Both the position numbers and the translations under genes were made by a program. The notes under the pieces were generated by a model that worked only from the letters and a program-made list of their open reading frames with translations, was not told where the DNA came from and did not search any database. A stretch of DNA of 61,315 nt from Acidimicrobiales bacterium (GTDB taxonomy: Bacteria; Actinomycetota; Acidimicrobiia; Acidimicrobiales; JAUJNH01), in NCBI GenBank assembly GCA_038232515.1, contig JBBSHS010000002.1:1-61315 (forward strand), given 5' to 3'. This document shows, in pieces, positions 26,537 to 35,678 of the stretch (positions within the stretch are counted from its first letter, which is position 1; each line of letters begins with the position of its first letter).

Positions 26537-27955
26537 GTGGGGACCCGTCCCCGCTTTGGGACCGACGGTCTTCGCGGCGTCGCCAACACCGAGCTGAGCC
26601 CCGAGTTGGTGCTGGCCCTCGGTCGGGCCGCGGCCCGTGTGCTGGGCGGCGGCACCTGGTACGCGGCCCGTGACACCCGCCGGTCCGGAGTGATGCTGCA
26701 GGCCGCGCTGTGCGCCGGCCTCGCCTCCGAGGGGGCCGAGGTCCTGGATCTGGGTGTGCTGCCCACACCGGGCGTCGCCTACCTGTCGGCGGCCGACGGC
26801 GTGCCTGGGGCCATGATCTCCGCCTCCCACAACCCATTCGGGGACAATGGCGTGAAGCTGTTCGGCCCCGGTGGCCGCAAGCTGGTCGATGCCGCCGAAG
26901 CCGCCATAGAAGCCGAGCTGGACATCGTCCTGGCCGCCGGCGCCGACGGGGGCTCGGGTGGCGGTGCGGGTGCCCGCCGGCGCTCGGGCGCCGTCGTCGG
27001 CACCCTGCGGCCGGCTCCGGCCGAAGCCACCGAGCGCTATCTCCACCACCTCGTCAGCTCTCTCGAGGGCCGTTCCCTCGATGGCCTGCGTGTCGTCGTC
27101 GACTGCGCCCACGGCGCCGCGTCCACCATCGGGCCCCTCGCCTTCGAGCGTCTCGGGGCACGGGTCGACGTGATGGGCCACAGGCCCGACGGCGCCAACA
27201 TCAACGACGGCTGTGGCTCCACCCAGCTCGACGCCCTCCGGGCTGCGGTCGTGGCCCACCAGGCCGACGCCGGCGTGGCCTTCGACGGCGACGCCGACCG
27301 CTGCCTGGCCGTCGACCACACCGCAAGGGTGGTGGACGGCGACCACATGATGGCCATCTGCGCCACCGACCTGCAGGCCCGTGGCCTCCTCCCCGACCAC
27401 ACGGTCGTGGTCACGGTCATGACCAATCTGGGCTTCCGACACGCCATGGCCGCCGCCGGCATCACCGTGCGCACCACGCCCGTCGGTGACCGCTACGTGC
27501 TGGAGGACCTGGATGCAGGCGGCTACGGGCTGGGCGGCGAGCAATCGGGCCACCTGATCTTCCGCCGCCTGGCCTCCACCGGGGACGGTGTACTCACCGG
27601 CCTGGCCGTCCTGGACGTGGTGGCCCGTTCGGGCCGTACGCTGGCCGACCTGGCCGGCGCGGCCATGACCCGTCTGCCTCAGGTGCTGCAGAACGTGGTG
27701 GTCGCAAATGGGTCGGTCCAGGCCGCCCTGGCGACCGCCGATCCGCTGTGGGCCGAGGTGCGGGCCGTCGAGGCCGAGCTCGGCGACGAGGGGCGGGTGC
27801 TGTTGCGGCCCAGCGGCACCGAGCCGCTGGTGCGGGTGATGGTCGAGGCGGCGACGGCCGAGCAGGCGGAGGCCCTGGCCGCCCGGGTGACCAGGGCTGC
27901 CGAGCGGTGCCTGTCGGCTCCAGACCCCCATGGCGGGGACCAACTGCGGGGGTGA
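26537..27955 (+). CDS. glmM: phosphoglucosamine mutase
   Basis: FGTDGLRG, active-site SASHNPFGDNGVK, GDGDADR, GEQSGH. Confidence 0.96.
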   Translation: MGTRPRFGTDGLRGVANTELSPELVLALGRAAARVLGGGTWYAARDTRRSGVMLQAALCAGLASEGAEVLDLGVLPTPGVAYLSAADGVPGAMISASHNPFGDNGVKLFGPGGRKLVDAAEAAIEAELDIVLAAGADGGSGGGAGARRRSGAVVGTLRPAPAEATERYLHHLVSSLEGRSLDGLRVVVDCAHGAASTIGPLAFERLGARVDVMGHRPDGANINDGCGSTQLDALRAAVVAHQADAGVAFDGDADRCLAVDHTARVVDGDHMMAICATDLQARGLLPDHTVVVTVMTNLGFRHAMAAAGITVRTTPVGDRYVLEDLDAGGYGLGGEQSGHLIFRRLASTGDGVLTGLAVLDVVARSGRTLADLAGAAMTRLPQVLQNVVVANGSVQAALATADPLWAEVRAVEAELGDEGRVLLRPSGTEPLVRVMVEAATAEQAEALAARVTRAAERCLSAPDPHGGDQLRG

Positions 27956-28025
27956 TGGCGAGCCGTCGTCCACTACGGGGCGGGTGGTGCGGATGGCAGC
28001 GCCCATGCCTGGCGCCAAGCTCCTA

Positions 28026-28258
28026 ACGGGGCTTCGCCCCCGCCCGACGAGCACGTCATCCCAGGGGCTACGAGCGGCGATGTTCTTCACCCGCACCATG
28101 AGCACAGTCGCCCTGCGTTCGTCGGGGCCGTCACCCTCGAACCCGACCCGCCCCTCCCGAAACGCTGGTTCGACAAACTTGGAGCGGCCTCACCGGCCTT
28201 GCCGACGCCGCATGGAACTTCAGTCAATCGTATCGGCTCCTAGGAGCCAAGCTCCTAG
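28026..28258 (+). repeat. repeat family 1, copy B
   Basis: 5' hairpin at 28028-28040. 3' hairpin CTAGGAGC-caa-GCTCCTAG at 28240-28258. Flanked by GCCAAGCTCCTA at 28014-28025 and 28246-28257. Confidence 0.9.
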
Positions 28259-28261
28259 CCT
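28256..28261 (+). promoter_or_regulatory. -10-like box TAGCCT, 8 nt before the glmS ATG (leaderless candidate)
   Basis: TANNNT hexamer, no Shine-Dalgarno sequence. Overlaps the right-hand direct repeat of family-1 copy B. Confidence 0.4.
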
Positions 28262-28269
28262 GACCACCC

Positions 28270-30123
28270 ATGTGCGGCATCATCGGCGCCACCGGCTCTG
28301 ACCCAGTTCTCCCCCTCCTGCTCCAGGGGTTGGCCCGCCTCGAGTACCGGGGTTACGACTCCGCCGGCGTGGCCCTGGTCGACGGCGACCGCATCTGGCG
28401 GTGCCGACGGGCCGGCGGCACCAAGTCGGTGGCCGAGCTGTCCGAAGCGGTGGGTGACGCTCCTGTAGGCCTGGTCACGGGCATCGGCCACTCCCGATGG
28501 GCCACCCATGGTGCCCCCACCGAGGTCAACGCCCATCCCCACCTCGACGGCACCGGGCGGTTGGCGCTGGTCCACAACGGCATCATCGAGAACTACCGGG
28601 AGCTGGCCCGCAGCCTCCCCCAGGGCGGGGACGAGCTGGTGAGTGACACCGACACCGAGGTCCTGGCCCACCTCATCTCGTCCCGGGTGGGCAGCGGGCT
28701 CGGGTTGGCCGACGCCGTGCGGGCGTGCCTGCGCCAGGTCGAGGGCAAGTTCGCCATCGCCGTGGTCCACGCCGACGAGCCCGGTCTGGTCGTCGGCGCC
28801 CGGCGGGGGTCACCGCTCATCTGCGGCCGGTCCGACGGCACCGCCTACCTGGCCTCTGACATTCCCGCCATCCATGGCCGGGCCAAGGAGTTCTACGTCA
28901 TCCTCAACGACCAAGTGGTCGAGCTCGGCGCCGGCATCATCCGCATCACCGACCTGGCCGGCCACGAGGTCGAGCCGGTGGCCCGGGAGGTCACCTGGGA
29001 CCTCGAGGCGGCCGAGAAGGGCGGCTACCCCGACTTCATGCTGAAGGAGATCCACGAGCAACCGGCGGCCGTCCGCGACACCCTGCTGGACCGCATCGTC
29101 GGCGGTCGGCTGGCCCTGGACCAGGTACGCCTGTCCGACGACGACCTGCGCCAGGTCGACAAGGTGTTCATCGTGGCCTGCGGATCGAGCTTCCACGCCG
29201 GCATGGTCGGCCGCCTGGCCATCGGCCACTTCGCCTCGCTGCCCGTCGAGGTCGAGATCGCCAGCGAGTTCCGCTACCGCGACCCGGTGCTCGACGGCAC
29301 CAGCCTGGTCATCGCCGTCAGCCAGTCGGGCGAGACGCTGGACACCATGGAAGCAGTGGCCCACGCCAAGGCCATGAGCAAGGCCAGGGTGCTGGCCGTG
29401 TCCAACGTGGTCGACTCCTCACTGGCCCGCGACGCCGACGCCGTGCTCTACACCCGGGCCGGTCCCGAGATCGGTGTGGCATCCACCAAGTGCCATCTCG
29501 CCCAGCTGGTGGCCATGCAGGTCATCGCCCTCTACCTGGCCCAGGTGCGGGGCAAGCTCTACCCCGAGGAGGTCGAGCACCAGCTCGAGCACCTGCAGCG
29601 TCTGCCGTTGCGCATAGAGGCGGCCATCGCCCGGCGGGCCGAGGTGGAGGCCGTGGCCGAGGCCGTGTCCGGTGGGCGCGACTTCTTCTTCATCGGCCGC
29701 AACGCCGGCTACCCGGTGGCCCTGGAGGGAGCGCTGAAGCTCAAGGAGATAAGCTACCTGCGGGCCGAGGGCTACCCGGCGGGCGAGCTGAAGCATGGCC
29801 CCATAGCCCTGGTCGAGCCGGGCACCGTGGTGGTGGCGGTGGCCACCCGCAGCCACCTGAGGGACAAGATCATCTCCAACATCGCCGAGGTGAAGGCCCG
29901 GGGAGCCACGGTCGTCGCCCTGGTCGACGAGCGCGACGCCGGCGATGCCAACGTGGTCGGTCTGGTCGACCACGTACTGGCTGTGCCCTGGGCCGGCCAC
30001 GTCCTGTTCCAGCCGGTGGTCGACGTGGTCCCCCTCCAGCTGTTCGCCTACGCCCTGGCCAAGGCCCGTGGCAACGACGTCGACAAACCCCGCAACCTGG
30101 CCAAGGTCGTCACCGTGGAATAG
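28270..30123 (+). CDS. glmS: glutamine--fructose-6-phosphate aminotransferase (isomerizing)
   Basis: MCGIIG N-terminal nucleophile, two SIS domains, C-terminal ...NLAKVVTVE. Confidence 0.97.
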   Translation: MCGIIGATGSDPVLPLLLQGLARLEYRGYDSAGVALVDGDRIWRCRRAGGTKSVAELSEAVGDAPVGLVTGIGHSRWATHGAPTEVNAHPHLDGTGRLALVHNGIIENYRELARSLPQGGDELVSDTDTEVLAHLISSRVGSGLGLADAVRACLRQVEGKFAIAVVHADEPGLVVGARRGSPLICGRSDGTAYLASDIPAIHGRAKEFYVILNDQVVELGAGIIRITDLAGHEVEPVAREVTWDLEAAEKGGYPDFMLKEIHEQPAAVRDTLLDRIVGGRLALDQVRLSDDDLRQVDKVFIVACGSSFHAGMVGRLAIGHFASLPVEVEIASEFRYRDPVLDGTSLVIAVSQSGETLDTMEAVAHAKAMSKARVLAVSNVVDSSLARDADAVLYTRAGPEIGVASTKCHLAQLVAMQVIALYLAQVRGKLYPEEVEHQLEHLQRLPLRIEAAIARRAEVEAVAEAVSGGRDFFFIGRNAGYPVALEGALKLKEISYLRAEGYPAGELKHGPIALVEPGTVVVAVATRSHLRDKIISNIAEVKARGATVVALVDERDAGDANVVGLVDHVLAVPWAGHVLFQPVVDVVPLQLFAYALAKARGNDVDKPRNLAKVVTVE

Positions 30124-30209
30124 CCATGACCCGAGCATGACTGGCGGCGCGGGCGTCGCCGACCGGTCCTGGTGGAACCCGTGCGGCCGCCGGGTGCGAG
30201 GATGGGCCT

Positions 30210-30575
30210 GTGATCGTCGGCATCGGCATCGACGCGGTCGAAGTGGCCCGGTTCGGGCGCATCCTCGATCGCCGACCCGGCTTCGCCACGCGGGTGTTCA
30301 CCCCCCAGGAGGAAGCCGACTGCGCCAATGCGCCGCAGCGGCTGGCCGCCCGGTTCGCAGCCAAGGAGGCGGCCATGAAGGCGCTTGGGGTGGGCCTGGG
30401 CGCCTTCGGGTTCCACGACGTGTCGGTGGCGCGAGCCGTGTCGGGCGCACCGTCGCTGGTGGTGTCGGGCCGGGCCGCCACGCTGGCTGCCGAGCAGGGT
30501 GTGACCCGCTGGCTGGTGTCGCTCACCCACACCGACACCCAGGCCCAGGCCTTCGTGGTGGCGGAAGTGCTCTAG
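30210..30575 (+). CDS. acpS: holo-[acyl-carrier-protein] synthase
   Basis: IVGIGIDAVEVARF...FAAKEAAMKALG...SLTH. Confidence 0.9.
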   Translation: MIVGIGIDAVEVARFGRILDRRPGFATRVFTPQEEADCANAPQRLAARFAAKEAAMKALGVGLGAFGFHDVSVARAVSGAPSLVVSGRAATLAAEQGVTRWLVSLTHTDTQAQAFVVAEVL

Positions 30576-30579
30576 AGAG

Positions 30580-32064
30580 GTGCAGCCCGTCGTCACCGTC
30601 GAGGAGATGCGGGCCGTCGACGCCGCTGCCCTGGAGCATGTCAGTCATCACGAACTGGTGACGCGTGCCGGCAGCGCCCTCGCCCGCACCGCGCTGGGGC
30701 TGCTCGGAGGCGCTTACGGCCGACGGGTGGTGGTGGTGGCCGGCAAGGGCGACAACGGCAACGACGGCCGGGTGTGTGCCGACCGGCTGCGCCAGCGGGG
30801 GGTGCGGGTCACGGTGGTCGACGCGGCAGACGCCCGGGACCACCTTGGGGAGTGCGACCTCGTCGTCGACGCCGCCTACGGCACGGGGTTCAGGGGCCGC
30901 TATGCGCCCCCTGACCCGGGGCCGGCACCCGTGCTGGCGGCGGACATCCCCAGTGGCGTCGACGGCGACATCGGCTTGGGGCCCGACGCCGTGTGGGCCG
31001 GGGTCACCGTCACGTTCGGGGCGCTGAAGCCGGGGCTGCTGCTGGGTGACGGGCGGTTGCGGGCCGGAGTCGTGCTGGTCGAGCCCATCGGCCTGGGGGC
31101 CGACGCCGCCGGCCGGGCCACCATCCATCTGGTGGACGACGCCGACGTGGCGCTGCCCGGCCGGCCGGCGCAGGCCCACAAGTGGCAGACGGCGGTGCAG
31201 GTCGTGGCCGGGTCGCCCGGTATGAGCGGGGCGGCCACCTTCGTGACCCGGGCCGCGCTGCGGTCCGGCGCCGGCTACGTGCGGCTGGCCAGCCCCGGCG
31301 TGGGGGCCGCCGATCTGGCCTCGACCGAGGCCGTGGGCTCGTCGCTGCCAGCGACGGGCTGGGCCGAACACGTCCTGCGCGGCCTCGACCGCGTGAAGGC
31401 GCTGGCTGTCGGCCCCGGCCTGGGGCGCGGCGAAGAGACCGTCGGTCAGGTGCGTGCCCTGCTGGCCCGGGCCCCGGTACCGGCCGTGGTCGACGCCGAC
31501 GGCCTCAACGCAATCGGCTCGGTGACGGAGCTGCGGCGCCTGAGCCTGGCCCGGCCCGCTCCGACAGTGGTCACCCCCCACGACGGTGAGTTCGCCCGCC
31601 TCACGGGTTCCCCACCGGGAGCGGACCGCATCGGCGCAGCGCGGGAGCTGGCCCACGGGTCCGGGGCCGTCGTCCTGCTCAAAGGCACGACCACGGTTGT
31701 CGCCGCCCCCGACGGGCAGGTGCGCCTGGTCACGGCCGGCTCGTCCCGGCTGGCCACGGCCGGCACCGGTGACGTGCTCTGCGGGGTCATCGCCGCCTTC
31801 CTGGCCCGGGGCATGGCGCCGCTCGACGCCGCCTCCGTCGCCGCCCACGCCCATGGCCGGGCAGCCACGATGCTGGGCCGGGCCGAGGGGCTGGTGGCCG
31901 GCGACCTCCCCGACCTCGTGTCCGACTGGTTGTGCGGGGTCGTGATGGGCCCGGATGGGGGCGATCAAACGGTGAGAACGTCTGATCACCCCTACATGGG
32001 CCCATCCAAACGGTACGGCCCCGGGCCGCGGACGCTGGCGGCGCAGGTAGGAGCCACCCGGTGA
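30580..32064 (+). CDS. nnr: bifunctional NAD(P)H-hydrate epimerase / ADP-dependent dehydratase
   Basis: YjeF_N motif VVVVAGKGDNGNDG. C-terminal carbohydrate-kinase part with LKG..T and GTGDVL. Confidence 0.88.
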   Translation: MQPVVTVEEMRAVDAAALEHVSHHELVTRAGSALARTALGLLGGAYGRRVVVVAGKGDNGNDGRVCADRLRQRGVRVTVVDAADARDHLGECDLVVDAAYGTGFRGRYAPPDPGPAPVLAADIPSGVDGDIGLGPDAVWAGVTVTFGALKPGLLLGDGRLRAGVVLVEPIGLGADAAGRATIHLVDDADVALPGRPAQAHKWQTAVQVVAGSPGMSGAATFVTRAALRSGAGYVRLASPGVGAADLASTEAVGSSLPATGWAEHVLRGLDRVKALAVGPGLGRGEETVGQVRALLARAPVPAVVDADGLNAIGSVTELRRLSLARPAPTVVTPHDGEFARLTGSPPGADRIGAARELAHGSGAVVLLKGTTTVVAAPDGQVRLVTAGSSRLATAGTGDVLCGVIAAFLARGMAPLDAASVAAHAHGRAATMLGRAEGLVAGDLPDLVSDWLCGVVMGPDGGDQTVRTSDHPYMGPSKRYGPGPRTLAAQVGATR

Positions 32065-33224
32065 CGCAGTTCCGGCCGTCGTGGGCCGAGGTCGACGTGG
32101 GGGCCATCGCCGCCAATGCCCGGACGCTCGCCGGCCTGGCCGCGCCGGCCCAGCTGTGCGCGGTGGTGAAGGCCGGTGGTTACGGCCACGGCGCGGTGCG
32201 GGCGGCCGAAGCGGCCCTCGACGGTGGGGCCACCTGGCTGGCCGTCGCCCTCGTGGAGGAGGGCGTCGAGCTGCGGGATGCCGGCATCGACGCCCCCATC
32301 CTCCTGCTGTCCGAGCCTCCGGTCGGTGCCTTCGCCGACGTGGTGGCGGCCGATCTGCGGCCCACCGTCTACACCGCCACCGCTGTCGAGGCGGCGGCCA
32401 AGGCCGCAGCTGCGGCTGCCGGCGTGGCCACGGCCGGCGCCGACGCGGGTGACCGTCGTCTCCGACGGCTGGCCGTGCACCTCAAGGTCGACACCGGGAT
32501 GCACCGGGTCGGGGCCCCGCTCGAAGACGTCGTCGACCTCGCCGCTGACATCGTGGCCCGTCCCGAGCTCACCCTCGAGGGCCTTTGGACCCACTTCGCG
32601 GTGGCCGACGAGCCCTGGCGCGACCAGTTCACCGAGGCTCAGCTGGAGCGCCTGCTGGCCGTGCAGCGGACGCTCGCCGCCCGGGGGGTCCGGCCCCGCC
32701 TGCTGCACGCCGCCAATTCGGCCGGCGCCATCGCCCATCCGGCGGCCCGGCTCGACCTCGTGCGCTGCGGCATCGCCCTGTACGGCCTCGACCCCTCGAC
32801 CGAACTGGCCGGCCGGGTGCCGTTGGTGCCGGCGCTGTCGTTGAAGTCCCGCGTCTCCCAGGTCAAGGAGATTCCCGCCGGCGAGGGCGTGAGCTACGGC
32901 CTGCGCTGGACCGCACCCGAGCGCACGACCGTCGCCACCGTGCCGCTGGGCTACGCCGACGGCGTACCCCGGCGTCTGTCCTGCGCGGGCGCCGACGTGC
33001 TCCTCGGCGGCCGGCGCCGGCCCATGGCCGGCACCATCACCATGGACCAGCTCCTGGTGGACTGCGGCCCGCGGTCAGACGTGCGGGCCGGTGACGAGGT
33101 GGTGCTGATCGGCAGGCAGGGCCACGACGAGATCCCGGCGTGGGAGTGGGCCGCCAAGCTGGGGACCATCGGCTACGAGGTCGTGTGCGGGATCGGCCCC
33201 CGCGTGCCGAGGATCTCGATCTGA
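32061..33224 (+). CDS. alr: alanine racemase
   Basis: AVVKAGGYGHGA (PLP Lys), ...ANSAG..., GYADG. Start overlaps the nnr stop. Confidence 0.95.
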   Translation: MTQFRPSWAEVDVGAIAANARTLAGLAAPAQLCAVVKAGGYGHGAVRAAEAALDGGATWLAVALVEEGVELRDAGIDAPILLLSEPPVGAFADVVAADLRPTVYTATAVEAAAKAAAAAAGVATAGADAGDRRLRRLAVHLKVDTGMHRVGAPLEDVVDLAADIVARPELTLEGLWTHFAVADEPWRDQFTEAQLERLLAVQRTLAARGVRPRLLHAANSAGAIAHPAARLDLVRCGIALYGLDPSTELAGRVPLVPALSLKSRVSQVKEIPAGEGVSYGLRWTAPERTTVATVPLGYADGVPRRLSCAGADVLLGGRRRPMAGTITMDQLLVDCGPRSDVRAGDEVVLIGRQGHDEIPAWEWAAKLGTIGYEVVCGIGPRVPRISI

Positions 33225-33263
33225 CGGGCCCGCCGGACCCCAGGCGTGTCGCCGGTACGCCGG

Positions 33264-33269
33264 TAATCT
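33264..33269 (+). promoter_or_regulatory. -10-like box TAATCT, 9 nt before ATG 33279 (leaderless candidate)
   Basis: TANNNT hexamer, no Shine-Dalgarno sequence. Confidence 0.35.
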
Positions 33270-33278
33270 GCACCGTCC

Positions 33279-33854
33279 ATGGGTGCGCTGGCCGACCTTG
33301 TCCTGGAGGCGTCGACCTGCACCCGCTGTGGGCTGTCCGCCGGCCGCACCCAGGTGGTGTTCGGCGAGGGCCCCGTCGACGCCCGCCTGCTCATCGTGGG
33401 CGAGGCACCGGGCAGGGACGAGGACCTTCAGGGTCGCCCGTTCGTGGGCCGTTCGGGCCAGCTGCTCGAGCGGATTCTGCGCGAAGAGGGCGGCTTGTCC
33501 CGTGGCGACTGCTACATCACCAACGTCAACAAGTGCCGACCGCCGGGCAACAGAGACCCCCACCCGCCCGAGGTGGCGGCATGTCGACCATGGCTGGACC
33601 GCCAGCTCGAGGTTTTCAAGCCGGTGGTGGTGCTGACGCTCGGTAACTTCGCCACGCGGGCTCTGCTCGGCACTACCGACGGCATTACCAAGCTGCGGGG
33701 CCGGGTCTACTCCTGGCAGGGCGGCGCCGTACTCGTGCCCACGTTCCATCCGTCCGCCGCCCTGCGCGGCAATGCCGCCGCCCTGGCCGGTATGCGGGCC
33801 GATATGGTGCGGGTGAGAGAATCCCTCGACCGCACCGGTCCGGTGCTGTCGTGA
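33279..33854 (+). CDS. udg: uracil-DNA glycosylase, family 4
   Basis: C.RC.L...VVFGEG.....L.IVGEAPG.DED..G.PFVG.SGQLL and HPSAALR. Confidence 0.9.
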   Translation: MGALADLVLEASTCTRCGLSAGRTQVVFGEGPVDARLLIVGEAPGRDEDLQGRPFVGRSGQLLERILREEGGLSRGDCYITNVNKCRPPGNRDPHPPEVAACRPWLDRQLEVFKPVVVLTLGNFATRALLGTTDGITKLRGRVYSWQGGAVLVPTFHPSAALRGNAAALAGMRADMVRVRESLDRTGPVLS

Positions 33855-34405
33855 GCGCCACGCCGAGCCCATGGGCCGGTTCGTCGCTCCAGGCCTGCAC
33901 CACGTCGACCGCGTCGGTCGAGGCGACCCGGGCGCTGGCCGCGGCCGTGGCCGAGGTGGTGCAGGCGGGCGACGTGGTGCTGCTGAGGGGTGAGCTGGGC
34001 GCGGGCAAGACCGCCTTCGTCCAGGGTTTCGCCGTCGGGCTGGGGATCACCGACGTGGTCACCAGCCCGACGTTCACCCTGGTGGCCGAGCACACCGGCC
34101 CAGAGCTCACCCTGCTGCACGCCGACGTGTACCGGCTCGACTCCGTGGCCGAGGTACTCGATCTCGGGCTCGGCCAGATGGTTGACGACCGCCTTTGCGT
34201 GCTCGTGGTCGAATGGGGCGAGCGGGCCACGGTCGCCCTGCCCGGCGACCGACTGGAGGTGACCATCGATCTCGGAGGCGATGATGACGAGCGCAGGATC
34301 CGGGTCACGCCGGTCGGTCGCTCGTGGGCCGACCGGCGTGGCGCACTGGCCGCCGCCGTGGTCGGCGCCAGGGACGCCGTCGGGGACATGGGCCACCAGC
34401 CATGA
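33851..34405 (+). CDS. tsaE: tRNA t6A37 biosynthesis ATPase TsaE
   Basis: LRGELGAGKTAFVQG...VTSPTFTLV...LLHADVYRL. Confidence 0.88.
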   Translation: MSATPSPWAGSSLQACTTSTASVEATRALAAAVAEVVQAGDVVLLRGELGAGKTAFVQGFAVGLGITDVVTSPTFTLVAEHTGPELTLLHADVYRLDSVAEVLDLGLGQMVDDRLCVLVVEWGERATVALPGDRLEVTIDLGGDDDERRIRVTPVGRSWADRRGALAAAVVGARDAVGDMGHQP

Positions 34406-35103
34406 TCATCCTCGGCATCGAGACGGCCACCGACCGGGCCGGTGTGGCGCTGGGAGGCGACCAGGGCGTGGTGGCCTCGTTCTCGGTCAACCGCGGGCGA
34501 CGGCACGTCGAGTCACTGGTGCCGGCCGTCGCCACCTGCTGCCAGCATGCCGGCGTCCAGCTGAGCGAAGTGACCTGTGTGGCCGTCGACGTCGGCCCCG
34601 GGCTCTTCACCGGACTGCGGGTGGGTGTCACCACGGCCAAGGCGTTGGCCTCGGCGCTGGGCGCGCCCATGATCGGCATGTGCAGCCTCGACGTGCTGGC
34701 CTTCCCGCTACGGCACACGCCCACTTTGGTGGCCGCCGTGGTGGATGCCAAACGGGGCGAGGTGTTCTCGGGGCTGTACCGTCACGTGCCCGCCGGTACC
34801 GTGTCGGTGAGAGGGCCCATGGTCGGCCTCCCCGAGGAGCTGGCCGCCGAGCTGGTGAGGCGGCACGAACCCGTGCTGGCCGTCGGCGACGGCGCCCGCC
34901 GCCACGCCCTCGTGCTGTCACAGGTCCACCTCCTCGAGCTCGACCCGGTCGGCTTCACCCATCCGACGGCTGAGTCGTTGGTGGAGCTGGCCCATCCCCT
35001 GGCGGTGGCGGAGCAGTTCGTGGCCCCATGTGATGTCCTGCCGCTCTACCTAAGGGCGGCCGACGCCACGGCCAACTTCCAGACGCTCCGCCGGGGCGCA
35101 TAG
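34402..35103 (+). CDS. tsaB: tRNA t6A37 biosynthesis protein TsaB
   Basis: MIILGIETATDRAGVAL...VDVGPGLFTGLRVG. ATGA overlap with tsaE. Confidence 0.9.
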   Translation: MIILGIETATDRAGVALGGDQGVVASFSVNRGRRHVESLVPAVATCCQHAGVQLSEVTCVAVDVGPGLFTGLRVGVTTAKALASALGAPMIGMCSLDVLAFPLRHTPTLVAAVVDAKRGEVFSGLYRHVPAGTVSVRGPMVGLPEELAAELVRRHEPVLAVGDGARRHALVLSQVHLLELDPVGFTHPTAESLVELAHPLAVAEQFVAPCDVLPLYLRAADATANFQTLRRGA

Positions 35104-35105
35104 CG

Positions 35106-35678
35106 GTGGCCGCCCGCCAACCCGACGCCTCCGCCCATCCAGGCGCCGACCTCGAGGTGCAACTCGTGCCCATGCGGCGGCGGCACCTGCGCCACGTCCT
35201 GCAGATCGAACGCCAGGTGTACCCCCGGCCGTGGACCTATGTTCTGTTCTCCCAGGAGCTGAGCCTGGTCACCAGCCGGGCCTATTACGTCGCCCGGGTC
35301 GACGGACAGGTGGTGGGGTACTCCGGGGTGATGCTCAGCCTGGAGGACGCCCACGTGACGAACATCGCCGTCGAGCCCGAGTGGCACCGTCACGGCATCG
35401 CCCAGCGGCTGCTGGCCAACGACGCCCGTGAGGCGATGCGCCGCGGCGCCCGGCACCTGACCCTGGAGGTGCGGGTGTCGAACATCGCCGCCCAGGCTCT
35501 GTACCGCAAGTTCGGCTTCGCCCCGGCCGGGGTGCGCCGCAACTACTACGTCGAGACCAACGAGGACGCCCTCATCATGTGGGCCGACGACATCTGCTCG
35601 CCCGGGTACCGGCGCCGGCTCGCCACCCTGGAAGCCCAGGTGCCGGGCACGACCGTCATCGAGTGCATCGCTCCATGA
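35106..35678 (+). CDS. rimI: ribosomal-protein-alanine N-acetyltransferase (GNAT)
   Basis: YPRPW...NIAVEPEWHRHGIAQRLL...LEVRVSN..A..LY.KFGF. Confidence 0.85.
   Translation: MAARQPDASAHPGADLEVQLVPMRRRHLRHVLQIERQVYPRPWTYVLFSQELSLVTSRAYYVARVDGQVVGYSGVMLSLEDAHVTNIAVEPEWHRHGIAQRLLANDAREAMRRGARHLTLEVRVSNIAAQALYRKFGFAPAGVRRNYYVETNEDALIMWADDICSPGYRRRLATLEAQVPGTTVIECIAP

Noticed and set aside
28026-28269. glmS ribozyme or other riboswitch in the structured region directly upstream of glmS.
   Set aside because: The same sequence occurs next to ilvA and purN and is bracketed by a direct repeat, so it is an insertion. I cannot find the glmS-ribozyme core, and the glmS ribozyme is not expected in this kind of genome.
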